From: an uncultured Gammaproteobacteria bacterium
GTDB taxonomy: Bacteria > Patescibacteriota > Patescibacteriia > Patescibacteriales > GWC2-42-12
DNA length: 64,000 nt
Reading direction: 5' to 3'
Assembly (NCBI GenBank): GCA_964537265.1
Contig: CAZHZE010000003.1
Location: 29,530-93,529, forward strand
Shown: positions 1 through 8,757 of the stretch, piece after piece
Layout of the letters: every line of letters starts with the position of its first letter
Position numbering within the stretch: position 1 is the first letter of the stretch
Notes under the pieces: generated by a model
What the model was told of the DNA's origin: nothing
Databases searched by the model: none
Seen by the model: the letters and a program-made list of their open reading frames with translations, nothing else
Translations under genes and position numbers: made by a program

Positions 1-21
1 CAGGGCCCGAACACCTTACTA

Positions 22-648
22 TTAAATTAGTCTTTTTATTTCAGCTTCAATTTCTTTGATCACTTCAGGATTATGAATTATTTTATTTTTACCTTCAGTT
101 ATTGATATAATATAAAATACTTTGCCACTATATTTAGCGGTAAATTTTTCGTGTGTCTTTTTTTGTTGTTCCCTTTCATTTATAATCTGAGTAATATATT
201 CAAACCCCGCCGGTTTAATCTGAAGACCAATATATTTATCTTTGATTTTAATAAAATAATCTACATTATAGCCCCGATCCCATTCATCTGGAGCCGCTTC
301 TATTTTTACACCAAGAATTTTTTCAAGTTGGCCGTATATTGTTTGAATTTCTGATTGATAACCGTCAAAGGTTCTATTAATTACCAAATTATAAATAAAA
401 TTTATACAATCTTCTTCAGTGACATTTTCTATTTCCGCCTTACAGACATCTGTAACTTTAATAAATAAAATTTTACCAAGTTGTTCAAGATGTTCTTTTG
501 GATAAGCCTTTTCTAAATAAAATTTTTCCCACTCACTTATATTTTTTGGGGCACATTTTCTTATTAATTCAGCCACTGGGCCCACTTTACTTTTTTTAGT
601 TAGCCCCCACCTCATATTGGCTTGATTTAAAATCCATTCTTTTGCCAT
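22..648 (-). CDS. putative type II restriction endonuclease (partner of the adjacent methyltransferase)
   Basis: This 208-aa ORF starts 2 nt after the stop of the SPPY methyltransferase gene on the same strand. It contains a PD-(D/E)XK-like stretch (YNVDYFIKIKDKYIGLQIKP). I do not recognise the family by eye, so the call rests mainly on context. Confidence 0.45.
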   Translation of the reverse strand: MAKEWILNQANMRWGLTKKSKVGPVAELIRKCAPKNISEWEKFYLEKAYPKEHLEQLGKILFIKVTDVCKAEIENVTEEDCINFIYNLVINRTFDGYQSEIQTIYGQLEKILGVKIEAAPDEWDRGYNVDYFIKIKDKYIGLQIKPAGFEYITQIINEREQQKKTHEKFTAKYSGKVFYIISITEGKNKIIHNPEVIKEIEAEIKRLI

Positions 649-650
649 AT

Positions 651-1949
651 TTATTTTGTTAATTTTATAAATTTCATTTTGTATTTATATGCTAAATTAT
701 TATCAACTTTAACCAATTTATTTTTTATTAAGTGGGCGTTGATAAAAGTTTTATTTTGTAGGTATAAGTAACACAATAAATTATTATTTTTGTCGTATTT
801 TAAACTATCAAACCTTAAAAATACTCTTTTCTTATTTGTTTTATCTTTAAGAAAATTTATTGCTTCCTTGAATTTGTTAGGATCGATTTTGATTCCTAAC
901 AATTTTATAACTAAATCGTTATTTAATTTTAGTGTTTCGGGATCGATTATCTCTTTTATTGTAAAAAAATTATCTCTTTGTTTTTTGTTTTCATCTATCC
1001 TGGAGCCAAACTGTAATTTTTTAGGATCAATTTTTTTATCAAGTTTAATCGGATCTTTAAAAATATACGGTAATATAGATATTTGATCTTTAAAATTTGT
1101 ATTTATCTTTTTTTGATTTATAAAGTTTGCTATTGAATTATCAAACATTTTTCCAGCCCCAATATCTAATTTTTGTTTAATAACATCTATAAATTTATGA
1201 TTAATTTCATACCCGATGGAATGGCGACCTAAATTTTTTGCCGCCAAAGAAGTAGTGCCGCTTCCGACAAATGGGTCAAGAATAGTATTACTAGCAAATG
1301 AAAACATTTTTATTAATCTTTTTGGTAATTCTTCTGGAAACATAGCAATATGTCCGTTTTGACGAACGCCATTAAAATTCCAATGTCCTTGAAAATAAGT
1401 ATTCCATTCTTCTTTGGTCATTTTAGAAAGTTCTTTCAATTTTTTATCTATTTTCTCTGGCGTTCCATTTTTTTTAAATAACAAAATAAATTCATAATCT
1501 AATTTAATTATGCCATTTCTCGGGTAAGGAAAAGACCCCATTATTGTAGCTCCCCCTGATGTATTCATTGTGGTTGATTTCTGCCATATAATAGCACCCA
1601 TATAATCGAAGCCGATTGTCTCACAAAATTTTATTATTTCCGTTCTGATCGGAATAATCTTATAGCGTCCATAATAAACCGAACGAGCAAATTGATCACC
1701 GATATTAATACATAAACGACAGCCATTTTTTAAAACTCTATAACACTCTTGCCAAACTAGATTAAGATTATTTATATAATTCTCATAGCTATCGTTATAT
1801 CCAATTTGATCGTCAGTGCCATAATCTTTTAATTGCCAATATGGTGGCGAAGTAATAACTAAATGCACTGAATTATCGGATAATTCTTTCATTTGTCTCG
1901 AATCTCCACGTATAATTTTATGATTAGTTTTTATGTCATTTATAGTCAT
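651..1949 (-). CDS. DNA methyltransferase, beta-class amino-MTase (N4-cytosine or N6-adenine) with a C-terminal staphylococcal-nuclease-like domain
   Basis: Motif IV (VITSPPYW) precedes motif I (DPFVGSGTT), which is the beta-class order. The SPPY form is typical of m4C enzymes. The C-terminal ~110 aa (LLGIKIDPNK...KRVFLRFD...NNNLLCYLYLQNKTFINAHLIKNKL) follow the SNase/OB-fold pattern. A GAGGTG motif lies ~12 nt upstream of the ATG. Confidence 0.85.
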   Translation of the reverse strand: MTINDIKTNHKIIRGDSRQMKELSDNSVHLVITSPPYWQLKDYGTDDQIGYNDSYENYINNLNLVWQECYRVLKNGCRLCINIGDQFARSVYYGRYKIIPIRTEIIKFCETIGFDYMGAIIWQKSTTMNTSGGATIMGSFPYPRNGIIKLDYEFILLFKKNGTPEKIDKKLKELSKMTKEEWNTYFQGHWNFNGVRQNGHIAMFPEELPKRLIKMFSFASNTILDPFVGSGTTSLAAKNLGRHSIGYEINHKFIDVIKQKLDIGAGKMFDNSIANFINQKKINTNFKDQISILPYIFKDPIKLDKKIDPKKLQFGSRIDENKKQRDNFFTIKEIIDPETLKLNNDLVIKLLGIKIDPNKFKEAINFLKDKTNKKRVFLRFDSLKYDKNNNLLCYLYLQNKTFINAHLIKNKLVKVDNNLAYKYKMKFIKLTK

Positions 1950-2033
1950 AATAAATTTTTTTCACCTCAAGAAAGATATTTAATAGATCATTTTATAAAA
2001 CAATGAAAAATTGCCACTTATGATGACAATTTT

Positions 2034-3062
2034 TTATTTCGTCGCAAAAATACTTCTTTTATATGAGTCCAAATTTTCTAAAGCAATGCCTGTGCCTTTG
2101 GCAACGCAAAGTAAAGAATCGTCGGCAACGTAAGCCGGGACGTCGGTTGTGCGGGAAAGAAGTTGATCAATATTTCTTAAAAGTGACGAACCGCCGGATA
2201 AAACCATACCTTTATCCATAATATCCGCGGCTAATTCTGGCGGAGTTTCCTGAAGTACTCTTTTAGCCGCATGAATAATAGCTTCTAATTCATTTTGCAA
2301 AGCTTCGGTAACGTCGTCGGAGTTAACCATAATATTTCTTGGGAGTCCGGTAATCATATCGCGGCCGCGAATTTCCATGGTCAATTTATCTTCTAAATAT
2401 AGAGCGCTACCTATTTTAATTTTAATTTCTTCGGCCGTTCGTTCGCCGATGGCTAAATTGTATTTGCGCCTGATAAATTCCTGAATGGCCGCGTCAAATT
2501 TATTTCCGCCAATTCTAACCGAGGTTGAAGTAACGACTCCGCCTAAAGAAATAACCGCCATTTCGGCCGTGCCGCCGCCAATATCAATAATCATATGTCC
2601 GGAAGCCGAACCAATCGGAATATCCGCGCCAATAGCCGCGGCAATAGGTTCTTTAATAATATAAGCGGCTCGGGCGCCGGCCGCGATAGTCGCGTCAATA
2701 ACCGCTCTGCGTTCGGTCGAAGTAATTCCGGCCGGAACCGCGACCATAACTTCAGGCCTGAATAATCTAACTCCGCCTAAAGCTTTATTAATAAAATACC
2801 TAAGCATGGCTTCGGTTGTATGATAATCGGCGATCACGCCGTCTTTTAATGGCTTAATTGCGACAATAGTATCAGGCGTTCTGCCTAACATGTCCTTAGC
2901 TTCATTGCCCACGGCTAAAATTTTCTTATCAATCAAAGAAATCGCCACTACGCTAGGCTCATTAATAATAATGCCCCTTTTTGGCAAATGCACTAAAGTA
3001 TAAGCTGTACCAAGATCTATGCCGATCCGTTTTATAAACATAATATATAAAAAAATTTTCAA
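2034..3062 (-). CDS. mreB: rod shape-determining protein MreB
   Basis: Actin-fold ATPase motifs are present (IGIDLGTAYT, DIGGGTAE, LSGGSSLL) and the protein is collinear with MreB. The ATG at 3041 (MFIKRIGIDLGT) is a more typical N-terminus than the first ATG at 3062. Confidence 0.9.
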   Translation of the reverse strand: MKIFLYIMFIKRIGIDLGTAYTLVHLPKRGIIINEPSVVAISLIDKKILAVGNEAKDMLGRTPDTIVAIKPLKDGVIADYHTTEAMLRYFINKALGGVRLFRPEVMVAVPAGITSTERRAVIDATIAAGARAAYIIKEPIAAAIGADIPIGSASGHMIIDIGGGTAEMAVISLGGVVTSTSVRIGGNKFDAAIQEFIRRKYNLAIGERTAEEIKIKIGSALYLEDKLTMEIRGRDMITGLPRNIMVNSDDVTEALQNELEAIIHAAKRVLQETPPELAADIMDKGMVLSGGSSLLRNIDQLLSRTTDVPAYVADDSLLCVAKGTGIALENLDSYKRSIFATK

Positions 3063-3150
3063 TTATCAATTCTCAATTTTCAAACAATTTTCAATTGAAA
3101 ATTTAATAATTGATCATTTATTGATAATTGGTTATTGAAAATTGATAATT
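3061..3150. repeat. family A AT-rich palindromic intergenic element (CAATTNT heptamer arrays)
   Basis: The outer arms are 3061-3077 (aattatcaattctcaat) and 3134-3150 (attgaaaattgataatt), complementary with one mismatch. An 18-nt perfect palindrome (aattttcaattgaaaatt) lies at 3086-3103. A 22-mer (caattctcaattttcaaacaat, 3067-3088) recurs in reverse complement at 22687-22708. Confidence 0.6.
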
Positions 3151-3152
3151 AA

Positions 3153-5147
3153 TCAAAATTTAATTTCAAAGCTTTTATCAACCCTTAAATCTCCTTCCCA
3201 TTTTATTCTATTAAATTCTACTTTCTTTAAAGACAAGCCGGACGGATTATATGATTTTATACCATTTTTAAAACTTAAGTCAAACGAGATATTACTCAAC
3301 TCCTTGCCAGGCTGTTTTTGGATATAAAGGCTATAATTATTATTCGCTAAAACCGATGATGGCAATTTATATTCAACCGTAATATTATTTATTTCGCCCG
3401 GAGCAACCGTTAAATAAAAACCAAACCAAGTTTTATTTAACTCTTGCCCGACATCAACATTTTTAGAATCATAACCGCTAATTTTTATTAATTGGCTGCC
3501 TAAGGGGACATAAACCCTCGTATAACTTTTATAAACGCTAGTTCGCCAATCAAGTTTTCCGTTATGAGCATAATTCAAAGTTAATGTAGAAAACAAACCA
3601 TTACTGCCTTCATTAATTTTATAACTTATACTTCTGCTCATAACCGCGTCAGTTTTTAAAGCGCCTAAATTAGCATCAACTACCATAAAATAATCACCTG
3701 GATAATTTTTTATTTCTCCAGCCCAACCATTTTGCACGGCTAAACTTTCTAGTTGATTATCAAATAAATAAAGCAGTAAATTTTTTTCTATTAAATTATC
3801 TGCGATAGTATTAATAATTTCCGACCATTTATTCGGCGGCAAATCAAAAATTCTAAGTTTTAACTCTTTGGCTATCTGGCCGATAACTTCTTTTCTCTGC
3901 CAGGAGGAAACGCCTAAAACCATATAACCTCTTTCCACGCGATATTGCAGTAAATCATGAAAATTATTTTGATCGTAAACTTGCCCGTCAATGGTTATTG
4001 GCCCGGTTATGGCCAAAAAATCTGTAATTACCTTAGGCGTAATAGCTATCACTCCGGAAAATTTAGAAACCTGTTCAACTTCCGGGTTAGAAATACTTTC
4101 TTTCTGATAAAAATCGTTGATAGTTTTAGCTGAAGTCGGCCAATCGGGCGACCAATTAGCATCGCGCGCATACCATTTATCATTTAAATATTTAGCGATT
4201 GGCGCCGGCGGCGCAATATTTATTCTGTCCTTAACCGGCATATCTAAATGATAAATATCATGAGTTATAAAATTTAATATCTCCCCGTCCTTAATATTTA
4301 AAATACCGTAAGTTCCTAAAAATCCCCCAGTCGGCCTTAATTCGTCATTATTTTGTAGTAGCACTAAATAATTAACTTCATTAGGATAGCCGGCCAACGC
4401 CGGAATCATTTGCGATAGAGGGACTGCTTTGTCTAAAATTAAAATAGCTTTATTAATTTGTTCTTTGGCCTGGCTGATTTTGTTATTCAGAAAAAACAAA
4501 ACTCCTGAAGTATTAACCTGCTCTAAATTAATGTAGGCCAAATCTAAATCAGCTTTAATGCCATTTAATTCTGGGGCCGATTCAAATATTTTTTGCAACA
4601 ACTCTCTTTTTTCCAGGGTTGATATTTGAGAAAAATTAAATTGCTCATTTCCGCTTAAGACAGTCTCTAAACTTGCGGCAAAATTGGCCCCACCATAAAC
4701 AGCTTTACTTAAAAAATGTACAGAAACAAGAAGGCTTTCAACATCATTTAACTGGCTTATTACTATTGGCAAATGGCCAATAATAAAATTATTTTTTATC
4801 TTTTCTATCTTATTGATTGAAATGTTAAAATTACTTTCGGCCAACTCAGCTAGTTCGGCCGCTTCATTAAAATCTTTTTGCTCAGCGAAAATAACCGCTT
4901 GTTCTAAATTATTTTTTCCTTCTATGGACTGGCTATAAATTTGCTGTAAATTTAAAAATTGAGAAAAAGTTAAAATTAATAAAAACAAAAATAAAGCCGC
5001 CGCTACTACAAAAAAATATTTTAAAGTTTTATATGCAAAATTTAACTGCCTTTGTTTTTTAATAGGCGGGATTTTATTTATTAAATTATCAGCCTGATCA
5101 TGTAATTGTTTAAAATCAAGGGATTTTATTTTAAATTTTTTAAACAT
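3153..5147 (-). CDS. DUF4012-like membrane-anchored protein
   Basis: This 664-aa protein has one N-terminal TM helix. I recognise the central segment LLQNNDELRPTGGFLGTYG as the conserved DUF4012 core. This was not verified by search. Confidence 0.55.
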   Translation of the reverse strand: MFKKFKIKSLDFKQLHDQADNLINKIPPIKKQRQLNFAYKTLKYFFVVAAALFLFLLILTFSQFLNLQQIYSQSIEGKNNLEQAVIFAEQKDFNEAAELAELAESNFNISINKIEKIKNNFIIGHLPIVISQLNDVESLLVSVHFLSKAVYGGANFAASLETVLSGNEQFNFSQISTLEKRELLQKIFESAPELNGIKADLDLAYINLEQVNTSGVLFFLNNKISQAKEQINKAILILDKAVPLSQMIPALAGYPNEVNYLVLLQNNDELRPTGGFLGTYGILNIKDGEILNFITHDIYHLDMPVKDRINIAPPAPIAKYLNDKWYARDANWSPDWPTSAKTINDFYQKESISNPEVEQVSKFSGVIAITPKVITDFLAITGPITIDGQVYDQNNFHDLLQYRVERGYMVLGVSSWQRKEVIGQIAKELKLRIFDLPPNKWSEIINTIADNLIEKNLLLYLFDNQLESLAVQNGWAGEIKNYPGDYFMVVDANLGALKTDAVMSRSISYKINEGSNGLFSTLTLNYAHNGKLDWRTSVYKSYTRVYVPLGSQLIKISGYDSKNVDVGQELNKTWFGFYLTVAPGEINNITVEYKLPSSVLANNNYSLYIQKQPGKELSNISFDLSFKNGIKSYNPSGLSLKKVEFNRIKWEGDLRVDKSFEIKF

Positions 5148-5160
5148 AAAAATTGTAAGT

Positions 5161-5303
5161 TTAAATTCTAAATTCTAATATCTAAACTCTAAACAAATTC
5201 AAAATTATAAATCCAAATGTTTTAAACAAACTGTAATTAGCATTATTTTATAATTTTAATTATTTGAATTTGTTTATGATTTAGGATTTAGATATTAAAA
5301 TTT
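5161..5303. repeat. family B AT-rich palindromic intergenic element (TCTAAAY heptamer arrays)
   Basis: This is a long imperfect hairpin. Positions 5191-5203 (aaacaaattcaaa) pair perfectly with 5263-5275. Positions 5176-5186 (taatatctaaa) pair with 5287-5297. The central region is ~60 nt. The arms are built from 7-nt units (tctaaat/tctaata/tctaaac). Confidence 0.6.
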
Positions 5304-5309
5304 ATTTCA

Positions 5310-6632
5310 TCATTCTTGTCTTAATGCTTCGATCGGGTCTAAACGCGCGGCTTTACGGGCCGGATAAAGCCCGAAACCCAAACCAAAAACAATAGCAAAC
5401 CCCAAAGAAACATAATAGGCTTCTAAAGGAATTATAAAACTCCAATCTAAGCCATAAAAATTAGCTCCTAAATAAATTAAATAAGAAATGCCGATACCAA
5501 TTAAAATTCCAAAAATTGCCCCAATCAAAGTAATAATTAAAGACTCTACTAAAAATTGCAGCATAATATCATTATATTTTGCTCCAACTGCCTTGCGCAA
5601 ACCGATTTCAGCCGTTCTCTCAGTAATAATAACATACATAATATTCATTACGCCAACCCCGCCGACAATTAAAGAAATGGCTACTATGGCTAAAAGCATT
5701 AAAGTAATAGCGCCGGTTATAACGTCTAAAACATCTAGCGATTCTTTCATGGTGACAACCCTAAAATCATCTTCGCTAATATCAGTCATTCCTTCGCCTA
5801 TGTTTTTTATAACCGGTTCGCCCGGCTTTATTTCTAAAGGTTTAGACTCAAGGTTATGGTTAGCGCGAATAACTAGCCTAGCTTCTTCGGCTGTTTCATC
5901 TGCTAAATTAGGGTCTTTAAGCTGATGAAGCATAAACATTATATGATCAATGCCCAAAATTCTTTTTTGCAAAGTTCTTATGGGCACATAAACAAAATTA
6001 TCATAATCTAATGTCATGACAGCGCCCCTTTCTTTTACAACGCCGATAACTAAAAATTTAACTTTTCTAATTTTTATATATTTGCCCAAAGGATCGCTAT
6101 TGCCGAACAATTTATCTTTTATTTTATAACCAAGCACTGCAACAGGAGCCAAAGATTTATCCTCGGCGTCAGTAAAATAACGCCCATAATCAATTTCAGT
6201 CTTATCAATATCCATTATGCTTGCCGTGGTTCCATAAATAAACGTCTTTTTTGATTCTTGGGCATAATTTACCTGCTCTTGACCAATAATAACCGCATAG
6301 CCGTTTTTAACGTTTGGCAATTTATTAACATCTTCCATGTCTTTAAGGGTTAATGTAGTAATCTGCGCGCCTTGAGCCATGGCTACTGCGCTTTGCGTTT
6401 CAGCGGCCGTTCCTTTTTTCCCGGTTGGAGCTTTAACTTCTGTTTCTATTAAATCTGTGCCGCCAAAAGATTCAACTTGCTTATAAACTAAGCCTCTTAT
6501 ACCCTCTCCGGCTGAATATACTATTACAACGCTAGCTATACCTATAATAATTCCTAAAACAGTTAAGGCAGTTCTGGTTTTATTGCCTCTGATAGAGCGT
6601 AAAGAAATTTTTATAACAGGAATTAAACGCAT
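5310..6632 (-). CDS. ABC transporter permease, MacB/FtsX type
   Basis: The protein has an N-terminal TM helix, a large extracytoplasmic domain and three C-terminal TM helices. It carries the ERTAEIGLRKAVGA motif typical of MacB-like FtsX permeases. Confidence 0.85.
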   Translation of the reverse strand: MRLIPVIKISLRSIRGNKTRTALTVLGIIIGIASVVIVYSAGEGIRGLVYKQVESFGGTDLIETEVKAPTGKKGTAAETQSAVAMAQGAQITTLTLKDMEDVNKLPNVKNGYAVIIGQEQVNYAQESKKTFIYGTTASIMDIDKTEIDYGRYFTDAEDKSLAPVAVLGYKIKDKLFGNSDPLGKYIKIRKVKFLVIGVVKERGAVMTLDYDNFVYVPIRTLQKRILGIDHIMFMLHQLKDPNLADETAEEARLVIRANHNLESKPLEIKPGEPVIKNIGEGMTDISEDDFRVVTMKESLDVLDVITGAITLMLLAIVAISLIVGGVGVMNIMYVIITERTAEIGLRKAVGAKYNDIMLQFLVESLIITLIGAIFGILIGIGISYLIYLGANFYGLDWSFIIPLEAYYVSLGFAIVFGLGFGLYPARKAARLDPIEALRQE

Positions 6633-6636
6633 ATAG

Positions 6637-7890
6637 TTATTCGTGTCTTAAAGCTTCTACCGGCTGCAATTTGCTGGCTTTTCTAGCAGGATATAAACCA
6701 AAAATTAGGCCCACGCTTATAGAAACTACTAAAGCTAAAATTATTGAAAATATAGAAATAGATAAACTCCAATCATAGCCTAAAAAATTAGCCACTGCAT
6801 AAATTAAGACTGAAATAAGCGAACCAATTATAATGCCGATAGCTCCTCCGCTTAGTGTAATAGTTGACGCTTCGGTTAAAAACTGAAGCATAATGCTTTT
6901 ATTATTAGCGCCAACAGCTTTTCTTAAACCAATTTCTCTAGTTCTCTCAGTAACACTAACCAACATAATATTCATTATGCCTATACCACCAACTAATAGC
7001 GACATGCCGGCAATAGCTACTAAGAAAAATTTTAAAGCGTCAGTAATAGCAGTTACCATATCTAAGGCCTGAGCCGAGCTTCTGGCCGTAAAATCATCAC
7101 TACCGCCGCTTTGATCAGTAATTTCGTGTCTTTCTCTCAGAGTAATTTTTACATCATTAGTTGCCTTATCTACATTCTCCGGATTATCAACTTTTATTCT
7201 AATCATACTTATGTGATTTACTCCGGCTATTAATTTTTGCATGGTTTTAATGGGTATAAAAACTTGATCATCATTATTTTGAAAAGCCACTGTGCCTCTT
7301 TCTTTCATAACTCCGATAACTTCAAGCGTATGTTTTTTTATTTTTATTTTTTGTCCAATCGGGTCAGAATCTCCAAACAGTTCTTCTTTTACCGTGCTGC
7401 CTAAAACCGCTACTTTAGATAAATTTGTTTCTTCTTCTTTGGTAAAAAATCTACCTTTATCAACTTCCCCATTTTCTACCTCTAGATAACCGACAGTAAC
7501 ACCACTTATATTAGTATCATAAGAATTTGATCCCCAACTAACACTGCTTATACTTTTATAATAAGCGACTAAACTAGAAACATTAGGCACATTTCTTTTT
7601 TCCTTCAACGCTAAAGCGTCTTCGTAGGTAAGCGTAGTAATAACCACGCCCATAACCGTAGCCGGCGGACCCTTTTCTTCTGAAGCGCCTGGCAAAACAC
7701 CGATTATATCGGTGCCAAAAGTTTTTATCTGATTAAGAATCAAACTTTGAGCGCCAGCGCCAACCGCCATAATAATAATAACCGCCGCTACACCTATAAT
7801 TATGCCAAGCATTGTTAAAAAGCTTCTGCCTTTATTAGCCAGAAGCGCTTTAGTAGAATTTCTGATTGATTGTTTATAAAATTCCAACAT
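6637..7890 (-). CDS. ABC transporter permease, MacB/FtsX type (second copy)
   Basis: The architecture matches 5310..6632, with the motif ERTREIGLRKAVGA. The gene lies 4 nt from the next gene. Confidence 0.85.
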   Translation of the reverse strand: MLEFYKQSIRNSTKALLANKGRSFLTMLGIIIGVAAVIIIMAVGAGAQSLILNQIKTFGTDIIGVLPGASEEKGPPATVMGVVITTLTYEDALALKEKRNVPNVSSLVAYYKSISSVSWGSNSYDTNISGVTVGYLEVENGEVDKGRFFTKEEETNLSKVAVLGSTVKEELFGDSDPIGQKIKIKKHTLEVIGVMKERGTVAFQNNDDQVFIPIKTMQKLIAGVNHISMIRIKVDNPENVDKATNDVKITLRERHEITDQSGGSDDFTARSSAQALDMVTAITDALKFFLVAIAGMSLLVGGIGIMNIMLVSVTERTREIGLRKAVGANNKSIMLQFLTEASTITLSGGAIGIIIGSLISVLIYAVANFLGYDWSLSISIFSIILALVVSISVGLIFGLYPARKASKLQPVEALRHE

Positions 7891-7896
7891 ATTTCT

Positions 7897-8610
7897 TTAT
7901 TTAAGCATTTCTCCGTCTTTAGCTATTCGACGATTTAGCACTTTATAATCGTCGACTATCAAACCGTCTTTAACTTTTATAATTCTTTTGGCATGCTCTG
8001 AAGTATAAGTTTCGTGAGTTACTAAAACTATAGTATTGCCCATATTATTTAATTCTTGGAGTATCTCCATAATTTGCACGCCTGACTTTGAATCAAGATT
8101 ACCGGTCGGCTCATCAGCAAAAATTACCGCTGGTTTATTAACTAACGCTCGAGCTATGGCCACGCGTTGTTTTTCCCCGCCGGAGATTTGATTGGTAAAA
8201 TAATTTAAACGATGGCCTAAACCGACGCTTTCTAAAATTTCTTTGGCTCGATTTTCTGGATCTTGTTTATGTTTAGCGTAAGTTAAAGGCAACATAACAT
8301 TTTCTAAAACAGTAGTACGCGGCAAAAGATTAAAAGCCTGAAAGACAAAACCAATTTTACGATTTCTTAAATCCGCCAACTCGTCATCATCTAATTTAGT
8401 TACATCTTTGCCTTCGAGATAATAATTGCCGCTGGTTGGACGATCTAAAAGCCCTAAAATATGCATTAAAGTTGATTTTCCTGAGCCGGACGGCCCCATA
8501 ATGGCTAAAAAATCTCCTTGATCAATATTAAAACTAAGACCATGCAAAACTGGCGTGATTATTTCTTCGTTAACAAAATTTTTTGTTAAATTATTAATTT
8601 GGATAAGCAT
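7897..8610 (-). CDS. ABC transporter ATP-binding protein (MacB/LolD subgroup)
   Basis: Motifs present are Walker A (GPSGSGKST), signature ([15 protein letters not shown]), Walker B ([11 protein letters not shown]) and the H-loop (VTHE). Confidence 0.92.
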   Translation of the reverse strand: MLIQINNLTKNFVNEEIITPVLHGLSFNIDQGDFLAIMGPSGSGKSTLMHILGLLDRPTSGNYYLEGKDVTKLDDDELADLRNRKIGFVFQAFNLLPRTTVLENVMLPLTYAKHKQDPENRAKEILESVGLGHRLNYFTNQISGGEKQRVAIARALVNKPAVIFADEPTGNLDSKSGVQIMEILQELNNMGNTIVLVTHETYTSEHAKRIIKVKDGLIVDDYKVLNRRIAKDGEMLK

Positions 8611-8620
8611 AAAACAAAAT

Positions 8621-8752
8621 AAATTCTAAATTCAAAAACTCTAAATTCTAAACAATACTAAAATTCAAATATTCAAAATCCAAAACTATCTAAAATTTTG
8701 AATTTTGGTCATTTAAATTTGTTTAGAATTTAAAATTTAGTATTTAGAATTT
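8621..8752. repeat. family B AT-rich palindromic intergenic element
   Basis: Positions 8642-8655 (taaattctaaacaa) pair perfectly with 8719-8732. Positions 8621-8631 pair with 8742-8752. The heptamer vocabulary matches 5161..5303. Confidence 0.6.
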
Positions 8753-8757
8753 CTAAA

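Noticed and set aside
651-1000. The C-terminal SNase-like domain of the methyltransferase, considered as an active nuclease (a fused R-M enzyme).
   Set aside because: The segment corresponding to the catalytic GIDAPE/Arg-Glu-Arg constellation is not preserved (LGIKIDPNK). A separate candidate endonuclease gene lies immediately downstream.
5310-5312. Possible alternative genetic code (UGA recoding, as in some candidate phyla).
   Set aside because: Long, well-conserved ORFs terminate cleanly at TGA (for example 5310-5312 and 20942-20944) as well as at TAA. No conserved protein is interrupted by in-frame TGA. The standard bacterial code fits.
8611-8757. AT-rich repetitive intergenic sequences (3061-3150, 5148-5309, 8611-8757, 22590-22730) considered as possible CRISPR arrays.
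   Set aside because: The repeat unit is only ~7 nt and there are no unique spacers of 25-40 nt. The arrays are arranged as inverted arms (hairpins), and no cas genes are present.
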